Assembly: GCA_964035545.1 (NCBI GenBank)
Contig: OZ037773.1
Span: forward strand, 10,815,869 to 10,879,868
Direction of reading: 5' to 3'
Length of the DNA: 64,000 bases
DNA from: Bugula neritina
Taxonomy: Eukaryota; Animalia; Bryozoa
The position numbers and the translations under genes are program-made. Positions within the stretch are counted from its first letter, which is position 1; each line of letters opens with the position of its first letter. The notes beneath the pieces were generated by a model. It did no database searches and had not been told where the DNA came from. It was given only the letters and a program-made list of their open reading frames with translations. Shown in pieces: positions 39,241 through 53,500 of the stretch.

Positions 39241-42200
39241 TAGGAACAAGCAGCAAGTTGAACGAATTTCTATTAGAAAAGTTGGCAGAGAATAAAATTA
39301 TAACCTCACGTGAAACAGTATGGTACATTATTGATTATAACCAAAGATACACTATAGAATAAATACATCTACATACATATATGGAGTTAAATTAATAGAA
39401 TGTGGTTAAAAACCACAAGTTTTCTTTATAAATAACTAGAATAGTCAGAATGTGACACAACATTATAAACATCATAGTTTGGAATGTTTTAAAATATTGG
39501 AGAAGATGTTAAATATTAGAAGAAATTATAAATCGGAAAACAACATCAGTAGATTAAAACACTGAAGGGAGCTAACCTAAAAAATACTAAGTAGAAACAA
39601 ACAGCTTTCACACTGATGAAAACTGTTAACAGTCTAAAATAGCAAAAGTGACAACTAAGAGCCACAGAGGCAGCATTATCTAAGATACTTCCAACATGCA
39701 TCACATAACATGCCAAATAAACTGAAAGAAATGAATCAACATATTATAGACTGCTGAAACAAAAAAAATTAACTTAGCAGAATCGGAAGGCAGCAACAGC
39801 TGTTAACAGACAATATTAGTAGCTTGAATATGCACCAACTAATAGATATGGGAGTAATGGCCGAGTAATACTAGACATACTAGGTAAATTATGCATGCAG
39901 ATCATATATAATAATGGTGGTAACCTTTTGCTATACTGTAATCGGTGTTAGTAATGACAATAAATTATGCATATTATAATAATTACAAAATAAAATGCCT
40001 AAACCAAAATTCTAAAATGAAAGCCCGACTTCGTTTTCTTACCACAAGCAAACATAGCACTATGTAAGCTTATTATATTTAATAAGAGGTTTTCACACAG
40101 CTAGCAATAAATTGACAAAATAACAAATATGATTGAAGAGTGCTCATTTAGTTGGAATGAGGTTTGCTGCTAGCATTTACAGGAAACAGCTTAAACAACT
40201 TCAAAATCAAATAAATTGCTTATTGATAGTGTTAATGACTTTATTAACAAGAAAGTAAAATCCTAAAAAAAATTCCCAATAATGTGCAGATTTCTCATCT
40301 CTTCAGTCAAATTTTGTATTGACATTCAGACAAACAAGGAGAAGATGCATATATTTTCACTTCTACTCAGCTCATATTCTCCTGGCTATATGTTCCAACA
40401 CACTACTAAAAATTTAGACATGCGAAAGATTATAACCGGCTAGCCTCACACTTCAAATAGAGTAGTATGTAGTACACCTCAGTCTGAAAATAGCTCAGGT
40501 CAAGTGGAGATCAAACAACTCCAACTGATACCAAACCAACCAGAAGGAACAATATGAAGCAGCCATCAGTAACCTGTAAGTGAAACAAACCAGCACTGAG
40601 TCTGAGTCACTCAGGTTGCAGACGCATCTAAAGCAAATGAAGCTGTAAAGGTATATATATGGCATCTTTCCATATAGAGCTAGGGTAAGGTTGGCAAGAG
40701 CTTTTACAATATGCTGTTTTAACTTTTATTAGAAACATGTTTGGCAATTATTGAATCAAATAAACAGCAATAATTTTTAAAGCTAAATAAAACGAAAGAA
40801 AAACAGCCAAGTGTTATGGTAGAATTAATCAACAGTGGAGTTCATAGCTAACAGGACATATAGTATGAATATTTTTGTGTCACACTCTATACAGTTCTAT
40901 GTGCACAACTTTACAAAGTTATATATTCTACACCTTATACAATTATATTGCCACTTTGATCAAAAGCACATGCTTCACTATTTGAGTAGTAACGTTTGTT
41001 ATGCTCATCTTAAATCAATCTTTGTCGAAGGGAAGGTAGAAAAAGCTGAATCTAACGTCATTTACGAGAGTAGCTATCCCATAGGAGCTAGAATAAAAGT
41101 ACTAAGGAGCAGATATGGGTCAACTGAGTTCACCTCATTGCCATTCACTGGTAGTAGCTTTATGAATGCTAAAATCTAATAGCACATAACACAGGGAAAG
41201 AGTAAATATTTTTACAATAAACAATTCATTCAGACACAAACCTGAACCAATTGAAGGTTTTGATGAATCAAAAACAGAGAGAAGACAACTTCTACATGTC
41301 ACCTTGTGAGCATCTCACAGATATAAAACTGGTCTTGATAACAAGGTAACTTCTATCTGCATGTGGTCAAACACAACTACAAAACAGACAAGAAATATTC
41401 TAAACTACCTTAATATATAAAACATTTTATTTTAATTTGCTAATACAGTAAATGTTTGCAGAGCTGAGATACTAGTCTACTGACTACAAGTGATTAACTT
41501 GAACAAATTCACAAGACTTGGAGTTAACAAGACTAAAATAATAAATAAAACATAACATTTTTACGACCACTTCAAACAGAAATAGATATACATGGATTAT
41601 GGACATCAGTTATCAAGAAGAATACAAGAAGCACAAGATAATTCTTCCAATACATCGTGTAAAACTAGTAAAATTGAAACCACAGAGAAAATTATTGTAA
41701 ATAATAAATACCTAATTATAACCAAGAGGGGGCTCACAGAACTGACCACAGTTGACTAGGTCCTATCTTCCTGGTGTAGACCATATGTTCTCTAATGTGT
41801 GAATATCTGAGCTGCTTGGAGTGATTCTAAAAAACAAAACACATTTGACAAATTGAAGTTGTTGAATAAATGATGACAGACATGTATGAGACAAATATAG
41901 ATGTAGAATCTAGAGTATGGGAAATTTGTATCATGGTAAAATCAACTTAGTCTACAGAACCAGGAAAGACACTTCTTTGAATCAGAAACTTTTTCAGTTG
42001 GAACAACGTGAACTGAATATTCCACTTTTTAATTTCAAGGAATGATTATGACTATAATGAGTATGTAACTGAAATAAAGTCACACAAATTGAATTATCGG
42101 GTAGGAATTAGAATTTATTGCACAGTTATGGCTATTTTGAAAAGAAAATTTGATTTCAATTATGAGCCATACAGTACAGAGTAGCAAATCAATGAATTAA

Positions 42201-42494
42201 AATCATAAGCTTGTACATGTGGTGAGCAAAGCAACAGCCGCACTATTACAGAAAGGTCATTGTAAAATGTTAGTGTAAATATTTGTGCGAAGTTTAATAC
42301 TCCTGCAGAGGGGTTGATATAGAATCACAAAAATTATGTCTAATTATATCACAACAAAATACCGTAATTATTAAAACAGCATTATATTAATATATAAATT
42401 AACCATCCCTTCAGTGTGGATAACAATTAATTAAGGCAAGCAGATAAAATCAAGCTGAAGACAGGTCTATTGTAAAATGAGAAATTTATAGAAC

Positions 42495-42650
42495 GAAAAT
42501 GGAAAAAAACTGTAAACACTGAAATAAAAATAAAATAATATTTTATTTTTATTTCAGTGTTTACAGTTTTTTTCCATTTTCCATCTAATATGCCAAGCCA
42601 TTTTTGCTGGTATCATATTATGATACCAGCAAAAATGGCTTGGCATATTA
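42495..42650. repeat. Two adjacent perfect palindromes (43-bp and 32-bp arms, 1-nt loops)
   Basis: 42495-42537 pairs with 42539-42581, and 42586-42617 pairs with 42619-42650. Absent from the paralogues at ~37735-37810 and ~51544-51620. Confidence 0.93.
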
Positions 42651-45600
42651 TATAATTAGTGGTACAGCAGCACCAATATTATGCTTAGACAAGAAATTAT
42701 CCCAAAGGATAAATTTTCAATAAACTAAAGAAATGAGAAAGACTCACTGCATCAACTATTAGCTATAGAAAACCTTACATAAAACTAAAAGCAGTAACAG
42801 CTAGGGTGCTAAAATGTATACCTCACTATTTGTAGTATTATACTAAGATTGTTATTCTTAGTATCGATTTTGTAGTTTAGTTCAACAAACCAGAGAAGAA
42901 CAGTGTAAAAGTTATGTTGAAATCAAGCCAATTTAAAGCCAAGCTAAATTGAAATTCATTATATAAGCCTTGCAGCTGCATTTACTCAATTGACTGCAGA
43001 ATTGCATTGACAAGAAATGAGGAGCAGTTTATCAATTAAGTAAAAAACTCAATGTGAATTCCAAGAATATGAATGAATACAGATCTACAGTTTACTAAAG
43101 AAAATGTTAGTAAAAAGCTATTATAAATAAAGAATTGAATAGAGAATTACCTTATTGATGCCATGACCAAGCAGTTTCAGTTGCTGGACCAGTTTCAGAA
43201 TCTAATGAAGGGAAAACAGAGATGTAGCAATCAAATACTTTTAAAAAATGTGTCCTCTTTAAGCAGCATTATCAATCATGTTCAGGGCAAAATAAAGAAG
43301 AAATAAGCTAAATTAACCATAAAGAAAAGAAACACAAATTAATGACACAAAGAGACATAAAGAAATTGAACAGGTGAGCTACAGAAACTGCTTGTTCTAG
43401 AAGCTATTTAGGTGAATAATGAAAATGAGTGTTGCAACGTGGAATTTGACTTTTGGAATTTTTATGAAGCTTTATCATCCTTCTAACCATTCACCATTAA
43501 ATCACTAATTTCTGCTATTGAATGCAACTAGATATTAGCATGAGGTTAGGGACCTAAAGAAAGAGGCCAGGGCTGTGCATGCATTTGCTTACTCCCAATT
43601 CTCACTACTGGTTGTGGTTAAAAATTCAAATACTTGTTTGAAATGAGTTGAGGCAGGCCACAGTCATGAATTACTATAGACAATTTGTATAGCATTAGGT
43701 TTATTATAAAATGTGTACTGTCGCTGCCTGATAAAATAACTTGCATGGGTATAAATTTCAAATAGCAGAAATTTGAGATAAGGTAATTTTAGAAAATAAT
43801 GAGTTGAAATAATACATACCATACATACATGAAGATGAGGCTTACAGGGATGGGAAGAATAACAGAGAGAAAAAGAATACATGTTGCTGCTCCTCTATAC
43901 ACATCCTGTGAAACAAAAAAGTAGTAAATAAACTTGTTCAAAATACAATAGAAAAAAAGGAAGCCTGAGTTATGGCAATAGAAACATAACCTGTAGCACT
44001 TTTTCCCCCAAACTGACAAATTTATTAGTAGATTCCAAGCATTAAGAAAACACTCAACACTATGTTAACACTGTAGGAGTATATATTATATCTAAAGTTT
44101 TCAACTGGTTAAATAATGAAACCAACATCAAAATTCTATACTCATGTAATACAGATGTATAATATAAGTAGGAAATCTAATAACATAATGAATATGGTAA
44201 AACAACAAAACTTAGTTGAAGCATGAAACACCAGTTTTAGAGAATATAAAAAATAAGTACATTGTATAATGCATAGTATGCATACGAGAGACTGACAGAA
44301 TTACGCTGTGCCACAGTTAACACTCATTTGCTAATAATTCAAAACTGCAACATCCAGCTGACTGAAACTGAAAAGTTTATATAAGTTGAAAAGGGAAAAT
44401 TTTGTCACCTTTTTATTTTATTATTATTTTTATTTCATGTGTACAATTTTTAGTTCCATTTATTGTTATAGTTTTTAAACACAATCTTTATGCATATAAA
44501 ATTAAAAACAATTTTAAAACTCACTCACTAATAATTATGCATGAAAATATAAAGCCCAAAGCTATTCACTTTAATTATTAGAAATTATTATTATTATTAT
44601 TTGAACTAGTTTAAAAGTTTTATTTAATACTAAGTTCACACCCTTTTAATCATAAAAACAATCATTAAATAATTCATTGAGTGCTTTAAATGTTTTTGAA
44701 AATTTTTTCAATGTTCTAAAACTTGTTCATTAAATTAAAATGTGTAAAACACTATAAATTAGGCTCATGAATTACAACCATGTTCAGTGCCATGGTAAGA
44801 TGCGCAGAATAAAAAGGTGTCCATCATTGAATTAAACTACAATTAAATCAGGTTTCTGTTGATGATCATATAAAATTTGTTCAATTAAACAATTCATTTA
44901 TAATTTTTATTATAAATCTTTAGGAAAAACATGTAACAAAGGGCCAAAAACTAGGTGAAATCATGTAAAAATACAGTAATATGAGCCACACCTCCTACCG
45001 ATAAGTAGCATAATGGTTGACAACGCCCTATACAATCGCCGCTCTCATATCGATCATCTCTGGGGTGAGGTAGACAAGAGCTTTTACAATAGGCTGTTTT
45101 AACTTTTATTAGAAACATGTTTGGCAATTTTTGAATGAAATAAACAGCTATAACTTTTAAAACAAACTAACATGAGTTCACCTAATGGCTAGCACTGGAA
45201 GTTTTACTAATTCCAAGTGTTGGTAGTAAAGGTTAGACAACACAAACTTAATGAAAGGAAGAGTTAATATTGTTGCAGAAAGCAATTCATTTAAACACAC
45301 ACCTGAACCCATGAAAAGTTTCGTTGAATCAAACACAGAGAGAACAACTTCTACATAAAACAGGTCTTGATGGCAAGGTGACTTCTATCTGCATGTGGTT
45401 AGACACGACTACAAAACAGACAATAAATATTCTAAACTACCTCAATATATAAAACATTTCATTTCAATTTGCTAATAGTAAATGTTTGCAGATCGAGCTG
45501 AGATTCTAGTCTAAAGAGCACAAGTGATTAACTTGGACAATTCCACAGGACTTGGAGTTAACTAGACTAAAATTATGAATAAAAGATAACATTTTAACTA

Positions 45601-46652
45601 CTTCAAACAGAAATAGATAAACATGAATTATGAACATTAGAATACAAGAAGTACAAAATAATGATTTGCCTAACATCATTTAAAATTGGTGAAATTGAAA
45701 ACAGAGAAAATTATCGTAAATAATAGATACCTAATTATAACCAAGATGGGGCTCTCGGAACTGACCACAGTTGGCTAGGTCCTATCTTCCTGGTGAAAAC
45801 CATATGTTCCCTAATGTGTGAATATCTGAGCTGCTCGGAGTGATTCTAAAAAACAAAACACATTTGATAAATTAAAATTGTTGAATAAATGATGACAGGT
45901 ATATATATGAGACATCTCATAGGTCCTAAAATCTAGAGTATTGAAAATTGTATCATGATAAAATCAACATAGTCTACAGAACCAGGAAAGAAACTTCTTT
46001 GAACAAGAAACATAACTTGTTTTTTATAGTTACGGCAGTTTAAACTGAATTTATTCCACTTAAACTTTTCAATTTCGAACCATGATTATGACCATGATGA
46101 GTATATAACTGAAATAAAGTCAAACAAAATAAATCATTCAGCATAAGTTGAACGTTATTATAGCGAGAAAAAGAAATTAAAATATTCGATTTCAATTATA
46201 CTATTAATCTTAGTATTGATTTTGTAGTTCAGTTCAACAGACCAGAGTAGAACAGGGTAGAAGTTACTCCAAAGCCAAGCCAATTTGAAGCAAAGCTAAA
46301 TTGAAATTTATTATAACTATAATTATAAGCCTTGCAGTTGCATTTACTCAAATGACTGCAGTATCAAATTGACTAGAATTGGGTAGCAGCCTATCAATTA
46401 AATAAAATAATCAATGTGAATTCCAAGCCTATGAATAAATACAGATCAACGATCAGTAAACTAAAAGATAGCGTTGATAAAAAGTTATTAAATGACATGC
46501 TAAACAAAGGTTTAATTGTTTACCTTGGTAAGATGACCAAACAATTTCAGTTGCACGACCATTCACTATGAAGAGCAACTTACTATAATGACAGTGCAGC
46601 AGACGTGCTCAGTCATCCGTAACCAATCATTGCTCAGTCGTCTGTAACTGAT

Positions 46653-46671
46653 CACGTGATTATTGGGGCAT
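46653..46671 (-). promoter_or_regulatory. Degenerate composite element ATGCCC-N7-CACGTG
   Basis: The minus-strand downstream sequence (CACGTGATCAGTTACAGACGACTGAGCA) resembles 25448 onward; a donor AAG|GTAAAC follows at ~46523. Confidence 0.45.
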
Positions 46672-47166
46672 GCGCTATGTCTCATGACTCACTTCCAATG
46701 GTGTTACCAAATCATCGATCTGTATGCAGCAAAAAGAGCAATACTAATTTTGGTGCCTAAGATTCTATGAGGCTTCAAGGGAAAACAGAGATGTAGCAAT
46801 GGAATACTTTTAAAAATTTGTCCTCTTTATGCAGCATTATCAATCATGTTTAGGGCAAAAAACGAGAAAAGATATCACTATGCTAAATTAACCATCAAGA
46901 AAACAAACACAAATTAATGACACAAAGAGACATAAAGAAATCGAACAGATGAGCTCAAGAAACTGCTTGTTCTAGAAGCTATTCAGGTAAATGATGAAAA
47001 TGATTGTTGCAACTTGAAATTTGACTTTTGGAATTTTTATGGAGCTTCATCATCCTTCTAACCATTCACCATTAAATCACTAATTTCTGTTATTGAATGC
47101 AAGTAGAGAGTAGCATGAGGTTAGGGACCTAAAGGAAGAGGCCAGGGTTTCGCTTGCCTTTGCTTA

Positions 47167-47509
47167 GCCTAGGGCCACACTGTGCGTATTTTCGCATGCT
47201 AAAATTAAAATCACAAGTAGCAAAGGTGTCCACTGTAGCGTCAGTGATGCGTGATAAATAAAGCTTTCATTTTTAAATCGCACTCGCTTTCAATAAAACG
47301 CAATTTACTGGAATATAGCACTAAATAAAGAAATTGGGCTCGCTGATTAACTACTAGCCAATTAGGTGACGACGACAGAGACGATTCGCACTTGCGTTGA
47401 AAATGCAGAGCGACAAGTGCGAATGTTTTCTCAACGCGCACAGTGGACACCTTTGCTACTTGTGATTTCAATTTTCGCATGCGAAAATACGCACCGTGTG
47501 GCCCTAGGC
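47167..47509. mobile_element. PIF/Harbinger-type (Tourist-like) MITE, 343 bp
   Basis: ~70-bp TIRs starting GCCTAGGGCCACAC (3 mismatches) and a TTA target-site duplication (47164-47166, 47510-47512). The paralogous empty site GCTTAGTCCC is at 54211-54220. Confidence 0.93.
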
Positions 47510-50500
47510 TTAGTCCCAACTCTGACTACTGTTTGCAGGTAAACATTGAAATACTTGTTCACATGTGTTGGGGCAGGTCATGGTCATGAATTACTAGACA
47601 ATCTGTATAGCATTAGGTTTACTATAAGATGTGTATACTGTCACTGCCTGATAAAACAACATTTGTCAATAATAATTTTAAATAGCATATAATATTTAGG
47701 ATTAGGTAATTTTTTACTTAAAGCAATCTCATATTTCTAAACACTCGTAGTTCTCAATAATTTAAACAGATATTAAAAATACATCAAATTTGAATATTTG
47801 GTAAATAATAGTAAGAGAAGTAGAGGCTATGATATAACAACAGAGAACAATTACAGGACTGGAGAAAATAATGAGTTGAAATAATACATACCACGGACAG
47901 ATACAGATGAGGATTACAGGGATGGGAAGAATAACACAGAGAGAAATTGTACAGGTTGCTGTTCCTCTGCCCATTCTGTAACACAAAAAATAGCAAATAA
48001 ACTTGTTCAAAATACACTAGAAAAAAGGAAGCAATAGAAACATCACCTGTAGAATTTTTTCCTCCAAACTGACAAATTAATAAGTAGATTCCAAGCATTC
48101 AGAAAACACTCAACACTATCTTAACACTGTAGAGGTATATATTATATCTAAAGTTTCTAAGTGGTTAAATGATTGAACCAAAATCAAACTTCTAATATAA
48201 GTAGGAAATCTAGTAACCTAATGAGTTTAGTATAAAACAGTATAAATTTACAGCTCTAAAACCTGCATGGTAAACCAACAAGTCAAAACATCAAGGCAGA
48301 CATTCACAATAAAAGTGACTTTAAAACATTGAAATTTAATTGAAGCATGAAACATGTTTTTTTAGAGAATACACTATAGAAAATAAGTATGTTGTATAAT
48401 GTATAGTAGGAGAGACTTTGACAGAATTACACTAGCTGCGCCCAAGTTAACACCCAAATGCTAGTCATTCAAAATTGGAATATTCAACAGATTGGGGTAA
48501 AATAATATAATTAGGGTATAAAAGTAGACATCAATCACCGAGGGTACATATAATCAGGTAAAGATAAATCGCATAAAACATCCAAGCCATACCAACTTAC
48601 AGAGAAGTAAAATAATATATCAGTTCAACTTTAGTGCAAATTTTATTTGTAATTATTGAAAATATAACTTGATGAAAAGTTTGAAACTGTTTACTGGTTA
48701 AATTGTGATTAATTTAAAATTCCCCGAATAATTCTATAAGTAGTTTAATCAAGGATTCATGTTATACTTAATAGGAATTGTTGGGACTTTACATAAGTTG
48801 AGAAAGCTTTTCCCTAATGCATTACAGCTTTTCATGTATAATTATTACAGCTATGCAAGCTATATTACGATTTTCCGACACTCATTACGGCTACTACACA
48901 ATAGCTGACTTTTTTGACTGGTATAACAACCCAGTATTTTCATCTATCTTTACGCTTACAACTTATGATGTAAAGGTTTTTACATTGCTACTTTCTTTTA
49001 GACTGCTACAATAAATATCTCTATATATTAAAAACAACAGGAATTACCTTCATATAGCTCATCCAGCTGACCCATGTGAAGAATAATCTAGAATGACTTT
49101 GTCCAACTTTATACCCAATTGGTTGGTTGTCTAGTAGATGGCCATGTGACCATCACACCAGTTACTGTAAGAATAAAGCGGTCTATAATTATGTGGTGTT
49201 GCATATCATAAAAAACAATAAAATAAAAATATACTAAATATAACTTATTTTATAAAAAATTATTGAAGAAAGCAAACAAAAGTAAAAATGGAGAACCAGG
49301 GGGGGGGGGAGGGGGAATTCTATTTTTATTGATGTATAGATGTACAGAAGAGTGTCATACTTAATAAATTCAAAAAAATGATTTGTTGAAAGAGCCATAA
49401 CCAAAAATCAAAAATGAAAGCCTGACTTGGTATTCTTACCACAAGCAAGCATAGCACTATGTGAACTTATATTTTTCAATGCCGGTTTTCACACAGCAAT
49501 AAATTGGCAAAATAACAAATATGATTGAAGAGTGCTCATTTAAATGGAATGAGGTTTGGTAGCATTTACATGAAACAGCTTAAACAGCTCCAAAATCAAA
49601 TGAATTACTTATTGATGGTGTTCAATGAATACAATGATTTTATTAACATGAAAGTAAAATCTTAAAAATAAAATTCCCAACCATGTGCTGATTTTTTCTC
49701 TCTCCAGTCAAATTTTGTATAGAGCTAGGGTAAAGTTGGCAAGAGCTATTACAATTATAGGCTGTTTCAACTTTCATTAGAAGCATGTTTGGCAATTCTT
49801 GAATGAAATAAACAGCTATAACTTTTAAAGCTAAATAAAACGACAGAAAAACAGCCAAGTGTAGAATTAATCAACAGTGGAGTTCATAGCTAACAGGACA
49901 TATAGTATGAATATTTTTGTGTCACACTCTATACAGTTCTATGTGCACAACTTTACAAAGTTATATATTCTACACCTTATACAATTATATTGCCACTTTG
50001 ATCAAAAGCACATGCTTCACTATTTGAGTAGTAACAATTGTTATGCTCATCTTAAATCAAACTTTGTCGAAGGGAAGGTAGAAAAAGCTGAATCTATCAT
50101 CATTTACGAGAGTAGCTATCCCCTAGGAGCTAGAATAAAAGTACTAAGGAGCAGATATGGGTCAACTGAGTTCACCTCATTGCCATGCACTGGTAGTAGC
50201 TTTATGAATGCTAAAATCTAATAGCACATAACACAGGGAAAGAGTAAATATTTTTACAATAAATAATTCATTCAGACACAAACCTGAACCAATTGAAGGT
50301 TTTGATGAATCAAAAACAGAGAGAAGACAACTTCTACATGTCAGCTTGTGAGCATCTCACAGATATAAAACCAGTCTTGATAACAAGGGATTTTTATCTG
50401 CATGTGGTCAAACACAACTACAAAACAGACAATAAATATTCTAAACTACCTTAATATATAAAACATTTTATTTTAATTTGCTAATACAGTAAATGTTTGC

Positions 50501-53500
50501 AGAGCTGAGATACTAGTCTACTGACTACAAGTGATTAACTTGAACAAATTCACAAGACTTGGAGTTAACAAGACTAAAATAATAAATAAAACATAACATT
50601 TTTACTACCACTTCAAACAGAAATAGATATACATGAATTATGGACATCAGTTGTCAAGAAGAATACAAGAAGCACAAGATAATTCTTCCAATACATCGTG
50701 TAAAACTGGTAAAATTGAAAACAGAGAAAATTATCGTAAATAATAAATACCTGATTATAACCAAGAGGGGGCTCACAGAACTGACCACAGTTGACTAGAT
50801 CCTATCTTCCTGGTGTAGACCAAATGTTCTCTAATGTGTGAATATCTGAGCTGCTCAGAGACATTCTAAAAAACAAAACACATCTGACAAATTGAAGTTG
50901 TTGAATAAATGATGACAGACATGTATGAGACAAATATAGACTGTAGAATCTAGAGTATGGGAAATTTGTATCATGATAAAATCAACTTAATCTACAGAAC
51001 CAGGAAAGAAACTTCTTTGAATCAGAAACTTTTTCAGTTGAAACAACGTAAACTGAATATTCCACTTTTTAATTTCAAGGAATGATTATGACTATAATAT
51101 GAGTATGTAACTGAAATAAAGTCAAACAAATTGAATTATCGGGTAGGAATTAGAATTTATTGCACAGTTATGGCTATTTTGAAAAGAAAATTTGATTTCA
51201 ATTATGAGCCATACAGTACAGAGTAGCAAATCAATGAATTAAAATCTTAATCTTGTACATGTGGTGAGCAAGCCAACAGCCGCACTATTACAGAACGGTC
51301 ATTGTAAAATGTTAGTGTAAATATTTGTGCGAAGTTTAATACTCCTGCAGAGGGCTTGATATAGAATCACAAAAATTATGTCTAATGAAATCATATATCA
51401 CAACAAAATAACGTAATTATTAAAACAGCATTATATTAATAGATAAATTAACCATCCCTTCAGTGTGAATCACAATTAATTAAGGCAAGCAGATAAAATC
51501 AAGCTGAAGACAGGTCTATTGTAAAATGAAAAATTTATAGTACGAAAATGGAAAAAAAACTGTAAACACTGAAATAAAAATAAAATATGATACCAGCAAA
51601 AATGGCTTGGCATATTATATAATTAGTGGTACAGCAGCACCAATATTATGCTTAGACAAGAAATTATCTCAAAGGATAAATTTTCAATAAACTAAAGAAA
51701 TGAGCACTGACTCACTGCATCAACTATTAGCTAGAAAACCTATATCAAACTAAAAGCAGTAACAGATAGGGTGCTAAAATGTATAGCTCACTATTTGTAG
51801 TATTACTAACATTATTATTCTTAGTATTGATTTTGTGGTTTAGTTCAGCAACCCAGAGGAAAACAGGGTAGAATTGTTACCTTGAAATCAAGCCAATTTA
51901 AAGCCAAGCTAAATTGAGATTCATTATATAAGCCTTGCAGCTGCATTTACTCAATTGAGTGCTTTAAATATTTGTTTTTGTTTTTGGAAATTTTTTAAAA
52001 GTTCTTAAACTTGTTTATTGAGCTAAAACATATAAAACACTATAAATTAAGCTCATGAATTACAACCATGTTCAGTGCCAGTGAGATGCACAGAATAAAA
52101 AGTGTCCATCATTAAAACTGTAATTAAATCAAGTTTATGTTGATAATCAAATAAAATTTGTTCAATTAAACAATGTGAAAACCCGTAACAAAGGGCAAAA
52201 AACTGGGTGAAATCATCCGCAACTACCCTCTGTAAACATATAATAATATGGGCCACACCTCCTACTGATAAGTAGCATAATCATGGACAACGCCCTAAAA
52301 TCGCCGCTCTCATATCGATCATCTCTGGGGTGAGGTTGGCAAACGCTTTTACAATAGGCTGATCTAACTTTTATTAGAAACACATTTGGCAATTTTTGAA
52401 TGAAATTAACAGCTATAATAACTTTGAAAACAAAATAAAACGACGGAAAAGCAGCCATGTGTTACGGTAGTGTTAATCAACAGTGGATTTCATAGCTAAT
52501 AGAAGCAGATATAGGTCAACTGAGTTCACCTAACTGCCTAGCACTGGAAGTTTTACTAATTCCAAGTGTTGGTAGTGAAGGTTAGACAACACAAACTTAA
52601 TGAAAGGAAGAGTTAATATTGTTGCAGTAAGCAATTAATTTAGACGCAAACCTGAACTGATGAAAAGTTTTGATTAATGAAACACAGAGAGAAGACAACT
52701 TCTATGTGTCGGCCTGTGAGCATCTCATGGATATAAAACTGGTCTTGATATCAAGGTATAGCTTCTATCTGCATGTGGTTAAACACAACTACAAAACAGA
52801 CAAAAAATATTCTAAACTACCTTAATATATAAAACATTTTATTTTAATTAGCTAATAGTAAATGTTTGCAGTGCTGGGATACTAGTCTAATGACTACAAG
52901 TGATTAACTTGAACAAATTCACAAGATGTCAAGTTAACAAGACTAAAATAATAAATAAAACATTACTTTTTCACTATTAAAGATGAAATAGATAAACATA
53001 AATTATGGACATCGGTTATAAAAAATAATACAGAAAGTACAAGATAATTAATTCCTAATATCCTGTTAAATTGGTAAAATCAAAAACACAGAGCTAATTA
53101 TCATAAATAATAAATACCAAATTATAACCAAGATGGGGCTCTCAGAACTGACCACAGTTGGCTAGATCCTATCTTCCTGGTGTAGACCAAATGTTCTCTA
53201 ATGTGTGAATATCTGAGCTGCTCGGAGACATTCTAAAAAATGAACACATTCGATGAATTAAAATTGTTGAATAAATGATGACAAGACATGTATGAGACAA
53301 CTTACAGACTGTAAAATAAAGAGTATTGGATATTTACATGGTGATAAATTTTCATTATGATAAAATCAGCATAGTCTACAGAACTAGGAGAGAAACTTCT
53401 TTGAATCAGAAACACAACTTGTTTTAGTTGAAGCAGCTTAAACTGAATATTCTACTTTAACTTTTGAATTTCGATCCATGATTATGACCATGATGAGTTT

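Noticed and set aside
40835-41179. Recurrent 114-151 aa ORF (also 49877-50221, 26761-27216, truncated at 36157)
   Set aside because: Non-ATG start at 40835 and 49877, disrupted in one copy, no recognisable domain, and antisense to the splice-site polarity. Recurrence is explained by DNA duplication.
47915-47975. Signal-peptide-like mini-exon MGRGTATCTISLCVILPIP on the minus strand
   Set aside because: The reading frame differs among the four paralogues because of indels, so coding function cannot be supported.
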